From Escherichia coli (GTDB taxonomy: Bacteria > Pseudomonadota > Gammaproteobacteria > Enterobacterales > Enterobacteriaceae): a DNA stretch of 64,000 bases. Location of the stretch: the NCBI RefSeq assembly GCF_024223415.1, contig NZ_CP100500.1. One strand, 5' to 3'. Shown one piece after another: positions 33,852-47,691 of this stretch (within the stretch, counting starts at the first letter, position 1; the number at the start of each line of letters is the position of its first letter). Below the pieces are notes generated by a model that was not told where the DNA came from, did not search any database, and saw only the letters and a list, made by a program, of their open reading frames with translations. Made by a program: the position numbers and the translations under genes.

Positions 33852-35336
33852 ATGTCATTCGGTCAGCCTTGTGATGAGTTTCCCCTGAGTTCGCTGCCTC
33901 CACTCATTCGTGATGCCGTTATTGAAGCTCAGCAAATTACGCAGGCTCCCCTTGGGCTTGTGGCAGCGTCTGCCCTGGGCGCTGTTTCACTTGTCTGCCA
34001 GAATCTGATTGATGTCTGCAGACTGAATACACTGCGGGGGCCGGTCTCTCTTTTTTTCCTGACGCTTGCCGAGTCCGGAGAACGAAAAACCGCAGTGGAC
34101 AAATTATTAATGAAGCCCCTGTACCAGCAGGAGATGCAGTTATATTCCAGATACAAAAGTGAACTGGCTGTCTGGAAAAACAAGGAAGAGCTTTTAAAGG
34201 CTCAGAAAAAAGCATTGTTGTCAAAACTGAATAAAGAACTCCGCAAAGGCGCGGATGAGTCAGAAACCCTCAGACAACTGGAAGTACTTCAGAAAAACAG
34301 TGCGGAAGAACCTGTGAGGTATAAATTCATTTTTAATGATGCCACGACTGCGGCAATTAAGAATCAGCTTTGTGGTAAATGGCGTTCAGTTGGTATTATG
34401 TCAGATGAAGCCGGTATTATATTTGATGGATATACCCTGTCTGAGTTGCCTTTTATTAACAAAATGTGGGATGGCTCTGTATTGTCTGTGGACAGAAAGA
34501 ATGAACCCGAACAGATGATTGAAAATGCCAGAATGACGTTATCCCTCATGGTGCAACCCGGTCTTTTTGACCGATATATGGAGCGAAAAGGTTCTGTTGC
34601 CAGGGACAGTGGTTTTCTTGCCCGTTGTCTTATCAGTAAACCTGCAACCACGCAGGGGAAACGCTTTATTAACGGAGCTGTGATTCCGGGAGGATCATTA
34701 ACGGCATTTCATGAACGATTAATGGAACTGGCCAGAGGCAGTATTGAAAAATCCAGTGAGGATGAACGGTATTGTCTGCATTTTTCGCCTGAAGCGCAAA
34801 AAATATTTATTGAGCACTATAATGTTCTGGAGCAGGATTTATCCCCTTCCGGACCCTTAAGCCCGTTTCGGGGACATGTTTCAAAAAAAACAGAAAACAT
34901 TGCAAGAATTGCAGCGTTATTTCAGTATTTCAGCTATGGTGAAGGGAAAATCTCTGCCGATATCATGACGTCTGCTGTCGTAATAAGTTCGTGGTACACA
35001 GATGAATATAAAAAATTATTTGCGTTACCTGATGAATCTGAACTGCAGCAGAAGGACGCCGAGGAGCTGTTCGACTGGCTCATTGAGGAGTGCCGCGGAG
35101 AATGCCCGCCCCGTGTCAGGAAAAATTATATTCTCCAGTGTGGCCCGGGCCGGTTCAGAAACAGGAAAAAACTGAACGCATTGCTGAACATTCTTGAATC
35201 TCAGTTCAGGCTTTCTGTCGTGCCGGAAGGAAAAACCATGTATGTTCTGCTTCCCCAGATAGCCAGTTTAAAGTTGTCTGATGTCTCTGGTATTTTTACC
35301 TCGGGTTATCACTACAATAAGCTGAGAGCGAAGTAA
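33852..35336 (+). CDS. DUF3987 protein (YfjI family)
   Basis: About 495-aa ORF starting MSFGQPCDEFPL; family typical of CP4-57-like elements. Confidence 0.7.
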   Translation: MSFGQPCDEFPLSSLPPLIRDAVIEAQQITQAPLGLVAASALGAVSLVCQNLIDVCRLNTLRGPVSLFFLTLAESGERKTAVDKLLMKPLYQQEMQLYSRYKSELAVWKNKEELLKAQKKALLSKLNKELRKGADESETLRQLEVLQKNSAEEPVRYKFIFNDATTAAIKNQLCGKWRSVGIMSDEAGIIFDGYTLSELPFINKMWDGSVLSVDRKNEPEQMIENARMTLSLMVQPGLFDRYMERKGSVARDSGFLARCLISKPATTQGKRFINGAVIPGGSLTAFHERLMELARGSIEKSSEDERYCLHFSPEAQKIFIEHYNVLEQDLSPSGPLSPFRGHVSKKTENIARIAALFQYFSYGEGKISADIMTSAVVISSWYTDEYKKLFALPDESELQQKDAEELFDWLIEECRGECPPRVRKNYILQCGPGRFRNRKKLNALLNILESQFRLSVVPEGKTMYVLLPQIASLKLSDVSGIFTSGYHYNKLRAK

Positions 35337-35657
35337 CCGGTGAGCAGTTTTTCTCCATTATGCTTCAGACTTAGATGATTGATTATTATGGGGATTTCAT
35401 CACCGATATTCAGATGTATGAATATCGGTGATGAACTAAAGCTCAGGAGCTGCGTGGTGGTGATGAATCAACAGGCATATAACTGATACCCGCCGGTCAG
35501 AAGTTCCAGCCTGCGACTTTCCTGTCTGCGTGCCCGCAGTCCGGCGTTCAGGTGCAGCGTGTGACAGAACGCACGGAGAGCGAAACGGCAGGCAGACAGG
35601 CCGTTCAGTCAGCCCTGGCACCCTGCCCGGATACCAGCTTCCCTGAAACAACTGGCA

Positions 35658-36266
35658 TCAGGTGCGCTTATCGTCAACCGTTGTGCGGTATGCCAGGAGC
35701 ACGTACTGATCCATCAGATCCGTCAGTGCTGCGCTCTGCTTCTGACGGTTGATGATCCATTCCTCCAGCTCTTTTTCTGATTTCCGTTTCAGATTCTCCG
35801 TCCAGTCGTCAAGGCAGTTTCCGGTCATTAAATCAAGCCAGCAAAGCCAGACCAGTTTGAGGCGCAACTCCGTGCCACCAAACTGACGGAAGAGGCTGAT
35901 CAGTTTATTTGCCAGCGAACGCTGCCTCAGACGTTCACATTCAGACAGGAGAATGCCTTCCAGCATCGGATGATGAACCAGCAGATGTTCACTGGTGCAT
36001 AAATTCACTATCAGATCATCATCCAGGGGCGGCGTGGTCCGTTTGTCCGGACCATAAATCAGCCGGTGCAGACTCTGGGGTACGATGGCAATCTCCGGTT
36101 TTTCACCATTGAATGACACCCACCCGGGCGTCAGATTATGGAAGTAGTAGATATTCGGATGACACACGCCCCAGGATACGGCGTGCCGGGTGAAGCCGGT
36201 CAGCCATTTCTGGTAGCTTTCGTGGAGCAGCTCGTAACGGGTCTGATACTGTGGTTTCATTTTCAT
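35658..36266 (-). CDS. Hypothetical protein co-oriented with and downstream of the AlpA-like gene
   Basis: About 200-aa ORF starting MKMKPQYQTRYELL with a GAGGA-like RBS; no assignable family. Confidence 0.5.
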   Translation of the reverse strand: MKMKPQYQTRYELLHESYQKWLTGFTRHAVSWGVCHPNIYYFHNLTPGWVSFNGEKPEIAIVPQSLHRLIYGPDKRTTPPLDDDLIVNLCTSEHLLVHHPMLEGILLSECERLRQRSLANKLISLFRQFGGTELRLKLVWLCWLDLMTGNCLDDWTENLKRKSEKELEEWIINRQKQSAALTDLMDQYVLLAYRTTVDDKRT

Positions 36267-36346
36267 ATTCCTCACGGGGGATAACAGGCAGCAGAACGCC
36301 GCCGGCAGGCCGGAGACTGCGTCTGCTGCAGATGAACGGTTAAGAA

Positions 36347-36553
36347 TTACGGACGGGACTGTGCAATACGCGCCTGCAGCCAGGCTTCCACTTCGCTTTT
36401 CAGCCATCGGGAGCTGCGGCCCATTTTGATGGGCGCAGGAAAGTCACCATCCTTGATGAGTTTGTAAAACCACTTATCGGTCAGGCCGGTCAGTTGAGTG
36501 ATAAATGCCATGTCGACCATCTGGTCATCCATCAGTGAAACTGGGGTGATCAT
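36347..36553 (-). CDS. alpA: AlpA-family prophage transcriptional regulator
   Basis: 69-aa protein with AlpA-type HTH (FITQLTGLTDKWFYKLIKDGDFPAPIKMGRSSRWLKSEVEAWL). Confidence 0.8.
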   Translation of the reverse strand: MITPVSLMDDQMVDMAFITQLTGLTDKWFYKLIKDGDFPAPIKMGRSSRWLKSEVEAWLQARIAQSRP

Positions 36554-37875
36554 GAGAATGTTCCTCCGGATGTTGTTAAACCAGCCGGTGTGGTCATGAA
36601 AACAACGCACCACCTTCACCGGCATAACAACCGGGGAGAAACGTAAAAAATAATCGGGAATGTGACCGCCAGGAGATAAACGGGGAGGTTACGGTGGCTG
36701 AGCCGTACCGGTATGCCGGGTGGTTGTTACGAAACGATGCTTCCGCACGCGTGCGCGATAAAGAAGGGATGATTTTCGTGAGGAAGAGGGGAAAACTGGC
36801 GTTCTGATAATTGCAGAGTTATTTACGGGGCGGTTACGATGGGGCAGACCGTGTCCGGTGGGCAGGCGACAGGTATCACCGATGGGATAAGACTGTCTGA
36901 TTGGTATTATAAATATATAAGAGAGATCAAACACATGAGATCAAATACATGAGTTCATATATGTGAAATAAACACGGTGAGTGTGATCAGTGGGCATGAT
37001 GAGAACGCAGTAGCAACAGACTGCGCTATCCCTGATAGCTGGCGTATAACCCGCGTATATAAAACGTATCTGCAATGTACGTGAACAGAGTGCATTAAGC
37101 ATCCGTCTGAGCGGTAAACATATCCGACCTGGTGAGTGACAGTCTGAGAGACCGGTTAAGTGGTGGCTCGGGAGTAATGAGTTTGGGGTGGGTACCAGAA
37201 TGCCAGTCTGGCGGTATGCTGACAGTATCACGTTAATTGCAGCATAAAGTGATGAGAGGCTAATGGAAGTTAAAACCAAAGCAGTTCCGTCGTTGTTCAT
37301 CCCGGGAGACGCTGGAAAAAGTGATTTCCCACACGCGTTATAAACTTACCTCTGCGGAACTGGAAGCCTTCAACTCTGTGGTTGATCACTGGCTGGCAGA
37401 ACTGACAATGAACAAGCTTTACGATCGTGTTCCCGCTTCAGTCTGGAAATATGTCATCTGAGCGTTCGGTAATCACAACTGCATCGCGCCAGGTGTTATC
37501 CGCTTTGTGATTCTTATTGGCTCTTCTCAGGTTATTAAAAGCTGAATATGTTCCTGTTGTCGGGAACCAGGATAATACCGGGAACGTTAAGCGGTATAGC
37601 GACAACAAAGAATTCGAAATCAAAAGGGAATGGTGCCGGAGGCGTGGGCGGTAATGGGCTGATTTTCAGGTATTACCGGCTTACAGCGTGTGGTTGATAT
37701 TGAGGGGCTGTGAGTTTCACGTATTTGTCAGAAACCCAGACGAGTTTTCCTGTATGGGACGAAATAAGGCAGCGGCAATACATGGAAAAATTTAATATGG
37801 TATGAAGGAGAACCTGTCGGTTACGCTTAATATAACCGGTACACTGTCAGCTCAGGGGATACATGAACCGTTATC

Positions 37876-38076
37876 TCACCAGCTACACAGTATATACACA
37901 CTGACGCTGACAGTAGTCAGCAGGACCACAATAATCAGTGCCAGCAGTATGGTAACGATACGGTCTGTATTCCGGTAATAGCCGAAGGGGTCGACAGAAC
38001 CACAATACGGGCAACACACAGTATTATGAGTAATCGCGTTTCCACAGTCCCAGCACTTCTTTTTGCGTATCACCAT
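37876..38076 (-). CDS. Small zinc-ribbon membrane protein (hypothetical)
   Basis: 66-aa ORF with CWDCG...CCPYCG followed by one TM helix. Confidence 0.4.
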   Translation of the reverse strand: MVIRKKKCWDCGNAITHNTVCCPYCGSVDPFGYYRNTDRIVTILLALIIVVLLTTVSVSVYILCSW

Positions 38077-38281
38077 AACTCCCTCCTCACAGCCTTACCC
38101 GTAACCGGTTTTTTTACATTAAAAAAACAACGCTGAAAATTCAACCGTCAGTCCGGAGACGACCGTTCGGGTTATCTCAGAGTGCCTGAGATATTGCCTG
38201 GTTGGAGATCACTTCAGGGACTCTGCGCATTTTTTACGGCGTGGTTAATCCGTATGAACGAAACCATACGGAGATTTAACC

Positions 38282-38851
38282 ATGACCTACAAATACAACC
38301 CCTTCTGGCAGCAACGTATTCGTGAGACGGTGCGGCACGCACTGGATGTTCATCCCCGTCTGACGGCATTGCGGGGTGATCTGCGTCTCCCGGATGTACC
38401 GGCAGCAACGGACGCGGCTGTGATATCCCGCTTCATCAATGCCCTGAAAGCCCGAATCGACGCTTACCAGAAACGTAAGCATCGGGAAGGTAAACGCGTG
38501 CATTCCTCGACCCTGCATTACGCCTGGGCCCGGGAGTTCGGGGAGCTTAAAGGCAAAAAACACTATCACCTGCTGCTGCTGGTCAACCGGGATACCTGGT
38601 GTCGTGCCGGCGATTACCGCGCTCCGGGGTCACTGGCCGGAATGATTAAACAGGCGTGGTGCAGTGCCCTGGGAGTGGATGTCGGGTGCCATGCCACGCT
38701 GGTGCATTTTCCGGCCTGGCCGGCGGTGTGGCTGGAACGCGATGATGACACTGGCTTTCAGCAGGTGCTGGAACGTGCTGGCTATCTGGCGAAGGAGCAT
38801 ACCAAAGCTCGCGGCACCGGTGAGCGCAACTTTGGCTGCAGTCGTGGCTGA
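38282..38851 (+). CDS. YagK/YfjJ-family protein (inovirus Gp2-type)
   Basis: 189-aa ORF starting MTYKYNPFWQQRIRETV, typical of the family. Confidence 0.7.
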   Translation: MTYKYNPFWQQRIRETVRHALDVHPRLTALRGDLRLPDVPAATDAAVISRFINALKARIDAYQKRKHREGKRVHSSTLHYAWAREFGELKGKKHYHLLLLVNRDTWCRAGDYRAPGSLAGMIKQAWCSALGVDVGCHATLVHFPAWPAVWLERDDDTGFQQVLERAGYLAKEHTKARGTGERNFGCSRG

Positions 38852-39011
38852 GCCCGACAGACGACTTATCTGACCTTAGTGTGATGACGCGTTCACAGCG
38901 ACCACACTGATTTTCCCTTCTGAGACTGAACTGAAAACCGCTATTCACACCTGACCACGCTGCCCGTACCGGGACGGCTGTTGCCTGCGTGTCGTCTGGC
39001 GGCTGAGGAAT

Positions 39012-39401
39012 ATGACGATGTACGCAAAATCCTTTCTCGCACTTGATGGCAACGGGCGTCTGACTGGTGCCCGTACCGCACAGACTGCACCTTACGATCG
39101 CTACACTTGCCACCTTTGCGGCAGTGCACTCAGATACCACCCGCAATACGACACTGAACGTCCCTGGTTTGAACACACTGACGACGGGCTGACTAAGCAC
39201 GGTCATGAGTGCCCTTATGTCAGACCGGAACGCAGGGAGGTACGCTTGATTAAGCGTCTGCAGCAATTCGTACCGGATGCCTTACCCGTGGTGCGTAAAG
39301 CCAGCTGGCACTGCAGACAATGTCACCACGATTATTATGGGGAGCGGTACTGCACTCACTGCCATACAGGGCACTTCAGTGAGGAGGGAGTGGCTGAATG
39401 A
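39012..39401 (+). CDS. Cysteine-rich hypothetical protein A (two zinc-ribbon-like CxxC pairs plus WFEH motif)
   Basis: 129-aa ORF; clear paralog of the next ORF; motifs YTCHLCG...WFEH...WHCRQC...YCTHCHTG. Confidence 0.55.
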   Translation: MTMYAKSFLALDGNGRLTGARTAQTAPYDRYTCHLCGSALRYHPQYDTERPWFEHTDDGLTKHGHECPYVRPERREVRLIKRLQQFVPDALPVVRKASWHCRQCHHDYYGERYCTHCHTGHFSEEGVAE

Positions 39402-39823
39402 ACGGTATAAAAACGGGGCTGGGGATCACGCCGGGTGAACACATTATCAGTGCGGCCTCAGCCCTTAGCAGAAATATCAGGCATTGTTTCTGCCTTTCCT
39501 GTCGTGGTCGGTTGATTTTGCAGACAGATGCTCAGGGGGCGTGGTTTGAGCACGATTTACATGCCCTGAGCGCGCAACAGAAGGCGGCCTGCGTGGTGCT
39601 GAATCCGGAAAAGTCCCACCCTTACATTGAGGATATGGCGATGTTTCTATCGCCATTACCGGTCGTGCTGGAGTGGCATTGTGTGATGTGCGGGCAGCAT
39701 TTTCCCGGGAAAAAGTTCTGCGAAGCCTGTGGCACGGGGATCTATTCCAGAGCAACATGTACGAAGTCTGTTTACAGCTACCAGCCAGACTTGTTTCAGG
39801 ACTGCGGAGGTGCGAGTACTTAA
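39398..39823 (+). CDS. Cysteine-rich hypothetical protein B (paralog of A, translationally coupled)
   Basis: 141-aa ORF starting in the ATGA overlap with ORF A; motifs CFCLSC...WFEH...LPVV..WHCVMC...FCEACGTG. Confidence 0.55.
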   Translation: MNGIKTGLGITPGEHIISAASALSRNIRHCFCLSCRGRLILQTDAQGAWFEHDLHALSAQQKAACVVLNPEKSHPYIEDMAMFLSPLPVVLEWHCVMCGQHFPGKKFCEACGTGIYSRATCTKSVYSYQPDLFQDCGGAST

Positions 39824-42275
<2,452 letters not shown>

Positions 42276-42343
42276 GTCTGAATCCGGCCGACCCAAAATT
42301 TTCCCCCAAGCTTCTCCCGGTATCTTTTAAGAGTATTGATTAC

Positions 42344-43552
42344 ATGAACGACACCGTTTTAAACGTAATCCCGGTGCCTGTACGCACTTGGGTGGCTATA
42401 GCAGCGCTCGGTATCAGTGCATTTTCGATTGTGACCAGCGAGCTTGCGCCTGTTGGCATGCTTAGTATGCTAGCAAAGGACCTGAACCAGACTGAATCGG
42501 ACACGGACCTTGTCGTGACTGCATACGGCTGGGTTGGGGCTCTGGCAGCACTTTTGTCTGGATTGATACCAGCGAGAATTTCACGTAAGTCTTTGTTAGT
42601 GACTCTTATGGTAGTGTTTGCTTTGTCTTGTGTGGCGGCGACACAGTCATCACTCGATGACCCTATTTATGGGGGCGCGTATGACAGGCGCTTTAGCACA
42701 TGGTGCTTTCTGGGCTTTGATTGGAGCAGTGGCTTCACAGCTTGTTCCGGCTGAAAAACTAGGACTGGCCACCTCAGTTATTTTTGGCGGCGTTTCGGCT
42801 GCCAGCGTTCTGGGTGTGCCACTGTCGAGTTTTATTGCGGATATGGCCGGGTGGCGGAGTGCGTTTACGGCGATTTCTCTGCTGTCACTTGCCGCCGCCT
42901 GTGCTCTATTCTGGACGCTCCCCACACTGACGGTGCCACAACCACTGAGGCTGCGTGTTTACTACGGGATATTCAAAAACCCGGTGCTCCTTTCCCTCTA
43001 TGGTGCCACTGCCTGTATTATTTCGGCTCATTTTGCGGCATTCACTTACCTCCAACCACTACTGACGAAGGCTCAGGAAGTACCGACGGCTTCGATTTCT
43101 GGCCTACTGCTGATGTCCGGGCTCTCCGGTCTGGCCGGAAATATCATTGCCGGAAAGCTGATCGACCGTCATATCAAAGGGCTGATTTTCGCTTCACTGC
43201 TCCTGAGCGCAGGTGCGCTCGGCATACTTGGTATGAGGAGCGCTGCACCACTGCCTTTCTGGTTCACAGGCATACTGCTCGCAGTTTGGGGCGCGGGTAT
43301 CGCCATTGTATTCGTTGGGTTGCAGACAGGTTGCTCCGTAGCGCCGGGGATGCTGTACAACCGGCGTCAGCCATTTACGTTACAATTTTTAACGCAGCGA
43401 TCGGCACCGGTGCGCTTGTGGGAGGCCAGGTATTAGCCGTAAAAGGTATTCAGGGTATGGCCTTACTTGCTGCGGGCATCATTGCATGCAGCATAGCTCT
43501 GGTCGCAATGCTGAAAAGCCCCGCGAATAAGCTCAGGCCTGAAAGGTCGTGA
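42344..43552 (+). pseudogene. MFS transporter gene with at least two frameshifts
   Basis: Three overlapping ORFs (42272..42754, 42618..43436, 42851..43552) together give a 12-TM MFS. Confidence 0.7.
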
Positions 43553-43920
43553 CGAATTCAAAAACGCATTAACCGACAGTAATTAAATGAGAGGGACGTG
43601 TCAGAAGAGGCTTCCCCTTATTTTATACGTCCAGTTCGGTAAAGAGTATTAGCCCACAGGACGAGGCTTATCCGAAACTACAACTCTGAAGGATTTAGTT
43701 AATCGCTTTAGAATTTCCAACTTCCGTTCCTCGCTCACAGCAGACCTTAAGATCTAGGAGGGAGTCCGCTCAGTGCCATGGGCGGACCTTAAGCTTCAGT
43801 AATTTGATTAGCACAATCCCTATGATAAATAGACTGGCCCCCTGAATCTCCAGACAACCAGTATCACTTAAATAAGTGATAGTCTTAATACTAGTTTTTA
43901 GACTAGTCATTGGAGAACAG

Positions 43921-44286
43921 ATGATTGATGTCTTAGGGCCGGAGAAACGCAGACGGCGTACCACACAGGAAAAGATCGCAATTGTTCAGCAGAGCTTTGA
44001 ACCGGGGATGACGGTCTCCCTCGTTGCCCGGCAACATGGTGTAGCAGCCAGCCAGTTATTTCTCTGGCGTAAGCAATACCAGGAAGGAAGTCTTACTGCT
44101 GTCGCCGCCGGAGAACAGGTTGTTCCTGCCTCTGAACTTGCTGCCGCCATGAAGCAGATTAAAGAACTCCAGCGCCTGCTCGGCAAGAAAACGATGGAAA
44201 ATGAACTCCTCAAAGAAGCCGTTGAATATGGACGGGCAAAAAAGTGGATAGCGCACGCGCCCTTATTGCCCGGGGATGGGGAGTAA
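43921..44286 (+). CDS. insC: IS2 InsC (OrfA)
   Basis: Start [18 protein letters not shown], as in IS2. Confidence 0.9.
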
Positions 44287-45149
44287 GCTTAGTCAGCCGT
44301 TGTCTCCGGGTCTCACGTGCGCAACTGCATGCCATGGCCCGTCGGTCGAAGGACTGGCAGGATCGTCGGTGCAAGCGCAAGCCTGATGATACTGACGCGC
44401 TGGCCCGTATCCATACCGTTATCGGCGATCTGCCCACCTATGGTTATCGTCGGGTATGGGCACTGCTGCGCAGACAATCAGAAACTGACGACATGGCGGT
44501 GATCAATGCCAAACGCGTATACCGCATCATGCGTCAGAATGCGCTGCTGCTTGAGCGTAAACCGGAAATACCGCCATCGAAGCGGGCGCATACAGGGAAA
44601 GTGGCCGTTGGAGAAAGTAACCAGCGGTGGTGCTCTGACGGCTTCGAGTTCAGCTGTGATAACGGTGAAAAACTGCGGGTCACGTTCGCTCTGGACTGTT
44701 GCGATCGCGAGGCACTTTACTGGGCGGCCAGTAACGGTGGATATGACAGTGAAACCGTGCAGGACGTCATGCTGGGTGCCGTGGAGCGTCGTTTCGGTAA
44801 CAGCCTGCCGACATCCCCAGTTGAGTGGCTGACAGACAACGGTTCAGCCTACCGTTCTTATCAGACGCGTCAGTTCGCCAGAATGGTAGGACTGGAGCCT
44901 AAACATACGGCGGTACGTAGCCCGGAAAGCAACGGGATGGCAGAGAGCTTCGTGAAAACGATGAAGCGCGATTACATCAGCATCATGCCGAAACCCGACG
45001 GGTTAACAGCGGTAAAGAACCTTGCGGAGGCCTTCGAACATTACAACGAATGGCATCCGCATAGTGCACTGGGGTATCGTTCGCCACGGGAATATCTGCG
45101 GCGGCGAACCAGTAATGGGTTAAGTGATAAAAAGTGTATGGAAATATAG
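44244..45149 (+). CDS. insD: IS2 InsD (OrfB, DDE transposase)
   Basis: 301-aa ORF as in IS2. Confidence 0.9.
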
Positions 45150-45160
45150 GGGCCAATCCA

Positions 45161-45540
45161 ATTGCACTGTTTCGAGGCTATCCGGCGACGATAAGAACTG
45201 ACCAGGGGCCGGAGTTCACTTGCCGTGCACTGGATCAATGGGCCTTTGAGCATGGTGTTGAGTTGCGCTTAATCCAGCCGGGCAAGCCAACGCAGAACGG
45301 ATTTATTGAGAGCTTTAACGGACGATTTCGCGATGAATGTTTGAATGAGCTCTGGTTCAGCGATATCGTTCATGCCAGGAAAATTATTAATGACTGGCGG
45401 CAGGATTATAACGAATGCCGCCCGCACTCCACGCTGAATTATCAGACACTGTCTGAATTTGCAGCGGGCTGGAGAAAGGGTCATTCTGAGAATGAAGATT
45501 CCGACGTTACTAACTGAGTGTTGTATCTAATCGTGGGGGC
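45161..45540 (+). pseudogene. C-terminal fragment of an IS3-family transposase OrfB, truncated by IS2
   Basis: Frame reads ..[52 protein letters not shown]..; no 5' part or orfA present. Confidence 0.7.
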
Positions 45541-46196
45541 AGGTCACAGCTATACGGACACGGTCAAATAGAGCACTTGCTATAACTGATCTTAAACATC
45601 CTAAATTTGATGTTAGAGTTCAGATACATAGTTCTGCCGCAAGGTATGCAGATAAGTTAGCTGCTGAAATAGTTTCAGCATATTATGATAACTCTGAGCT
45701 GGCATATGAAAGCGATTCTCCGTTTCAATTTGGTGTTATTCGAGTTCCTCGTAACGCTACTCACTTTGAGCATTCATTATATGAAAAGTACTCAGGACTT
45801 AATAAGTTCGAGGCTCCTTTTGCTGAGGCTTTAGATAGGTCTGGTTACCCTTGGCACAGAAACCTGAGCAGTGGCGGTTTTCATATCCCACTATTGACAG
45901 AGGGTGATACAAGCTCATTTTATCCAGACTTTTTAGTATGGAAGTCAGACCTTGTCTATTGCCTTGATACCAAGGGGGGCCATCTATTGACTGCTGCCGT
46001 AGCGCGCAAGCTTTTTAATATTCATGAAGATGGTCGGAGTAAGATTCTAGTGAGATTTATCACAGAAGGAAAGCAGACAGAGCTGCGCGGCAAAGCAACA
46101 AAGGGAGGATATACTGTATGGAAAATGAAATCTGGGCATCCTACCCCAATTTATGTGGCGGATTTAGACAAAGCTGTTAGGGAATGTCTAAAATAG
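45541..46196 (+). pseudogene. C-terminal remnant of a PD-(D/E)xK nuclease-like protein (restriction/defence-enzyme-like)
   Basis: Open frame with no plausible start reaching the IS fragment; motif YPDFLVWKSDLVYCLDTKG matches PD...(D/E)xK spacing. Confidence 0.45.
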
Positions 46197-46342
46197 CGAA
46201 GCCATAGCATAGAATTTTTAATGGCATTATGATCAGGACATAAAGGACTTCATGCAGGGAAAAAATATCCCAAAAGAAACTGGTCATGTCAGCACACCAA
46301 AGGATCCTCGCCGGATCCTTTGGTTTTTCTCAGCCACAATCG

Positions 46343-46380
46343 CTTAACGTGAGTTTTCGTTCCACTGAGCGTCAGACCCC
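46343..46380 (-). repeat. Solo Tn3-type 38-bp terminal inverted repeat (outer end at 46380)
   Basis: cttaacgtgagttttcgttccactgagcgtcagacccc is the reverse complement of GGGGTCTGACGCTCAGTGGAACGAAAACTCACGTTAAG. Confidence 0.8.
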
Positions 46381-46455
46381 TATAAACACCTTAGTGAAGT
46401 CATCCTCGCAGGTAAGGCAACACATCCGTAAGGTATTTGGCCAAATCAAATACAA

Positions 46456-47451
46456 CTAGATTGACTCGCGGGGAAGCCAGGGACTCTCAACTATCACTTT
46501 ATCCCGGTGGGTGTCACCATTGATAATGTGCAGTGTACTTAAGCGCCCAATTTCATAATGCGGTAGCTGGACCGTGGATAATGGGGGTAAAAATAAGTTT
46601 CCAATGCCTACAAGATTGTCATAGCCAAGAACGGCAATATCCTGTGGGATTCTGATACCCTGCGTTAACAATGTTTGATACACCATAAATGCAATACGAT
46701 CGTTACCACAGATGACCGAATCAAATCGCGGTTTCCCCTGTTCGATATGCGCCAGCAACATCTCCGGAATATCTCGGTAGTGCTCATCGCCGAATTGCAT
46801 ATAGCAGTGCTCAAGCGTATCAGGATCGATACTGGCTTCCCTGCAGGCGCGATCAAGCCCACGACGACGACGACGCGTCGCCAGATGGTTGACGGGTAAA
46901 TGCAGGCATAGAGGGCGGCTGTATCCTGCTGCCAGCAGTGCCTGTACGGCCGTATACTGGCCATGTTCATCGTCAGGTATATAGCTGGCAACCGGCTCTC
47001 CCTTGTTCTCGCAGTTGGCCAGAACGCAAGGAAGCTCCAGTAACCGGGGAGGAATACTGACTTCACGCAGCCCCATGGTAGTAAAAATGATCCCCCCGGG
47101 TCGATGGGCGAGCAGCAGGTCGACAATATCGTCAGGATTATCATCGGTAAACATATTCACCACAAAGCTGTTCCAGCCATACGCCCGCGCGGTTTCTTCA
47201 ATAGACAGCGTGATTTCTACTGAAAAAGGAGTGGTGACCGTATCCAGCGCAAGCACACCAATCGTTTTGTTCCGGGTGCCAACACGACGAATCTGCTGGG
47301 CAGAAAGGTCTGGCACATAATTTAACTGCGTGATCGCCTCCTGCACCCGAGCCAGAGTCTCAGGCTTTACGCGTTTCGGGTCATTCAGCACCCGTGAAAC
47401 CGTCATGAGCGATACATTGGCCAGTTTGGCCACATCCTTTAAAGACGCCAT
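46456..47451 (-). CDS. fosR: LacI/GalR-family repressor of the fructooligosaccharide locus
   Basis: 331-aa ORF with N-terminal HTH and periplasmic-binding-like domain; divergent from the operon. Confidence 0.75.
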   Translation of the reverse strand: MASLKDVAKLANVSLMTVSRVLNDPKRVKPETLARVQEAITQLNYVPDLSAQQIRRVGTRNKTIGVLALDTVTTPFSVEITLSIEETARAYGWNSFVVNMFTDDNPDDIVDLLLAHRPGGIIFTTMGLREVSIPPRLLELPCVLANCENKGEPVASYIPDDEHGQYTAVQALLAAGYSRPLCLHLPVNHLATRRRRRGLDRACREASIDPDTLEHCYMQFGDEHYRDIPEMLLAHIEQGKPRFDSVICGNDRIAFMVYQTLLTQGIRIPQDIAVLGYDNLVGIGNLFLPPLSTVQLPHYEIGRLSTLHIINGDTHRDKVIVESPWLPRESI

Positions 47452-47691
47452 AGTTTTCCATTATCTGAATGCATACACCCGGTAAGGTGTTGTGAGCAAA
47501 TGCGAATGCCCTATTCTAGGCACGGACACCCAGGGTTATGCAGACCACTCTGATAAATTTGAGCTAGATCTCAACATTTCAATGTTAACGTTAACTTTTG
47601 TGATTAACATCGACAAACAAATCAAAATCGAGTGTCCCCCCAAAATGATAACGTTACCATATTAGCATATCCTTCTTACGAGATTACGTAG

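Larger units (their letters stand above)
43830..45160 (+). mobile_element. IS2 (IS3 family), 1331 bp
   Basis: Left end TAGACTGGCCCCCTGAATCTCC, right end TGGAAATATAGGGGCCAATCCA; insC and insD present. Confidence 0.9.

Noticed and set aside
36689-37300. Minus-strand ORFs of 81 and 119 aa
   Set aside because: No start context or family resemblance; they lie in the decayed non-coding stretch upstream of the AlpA-like gene.
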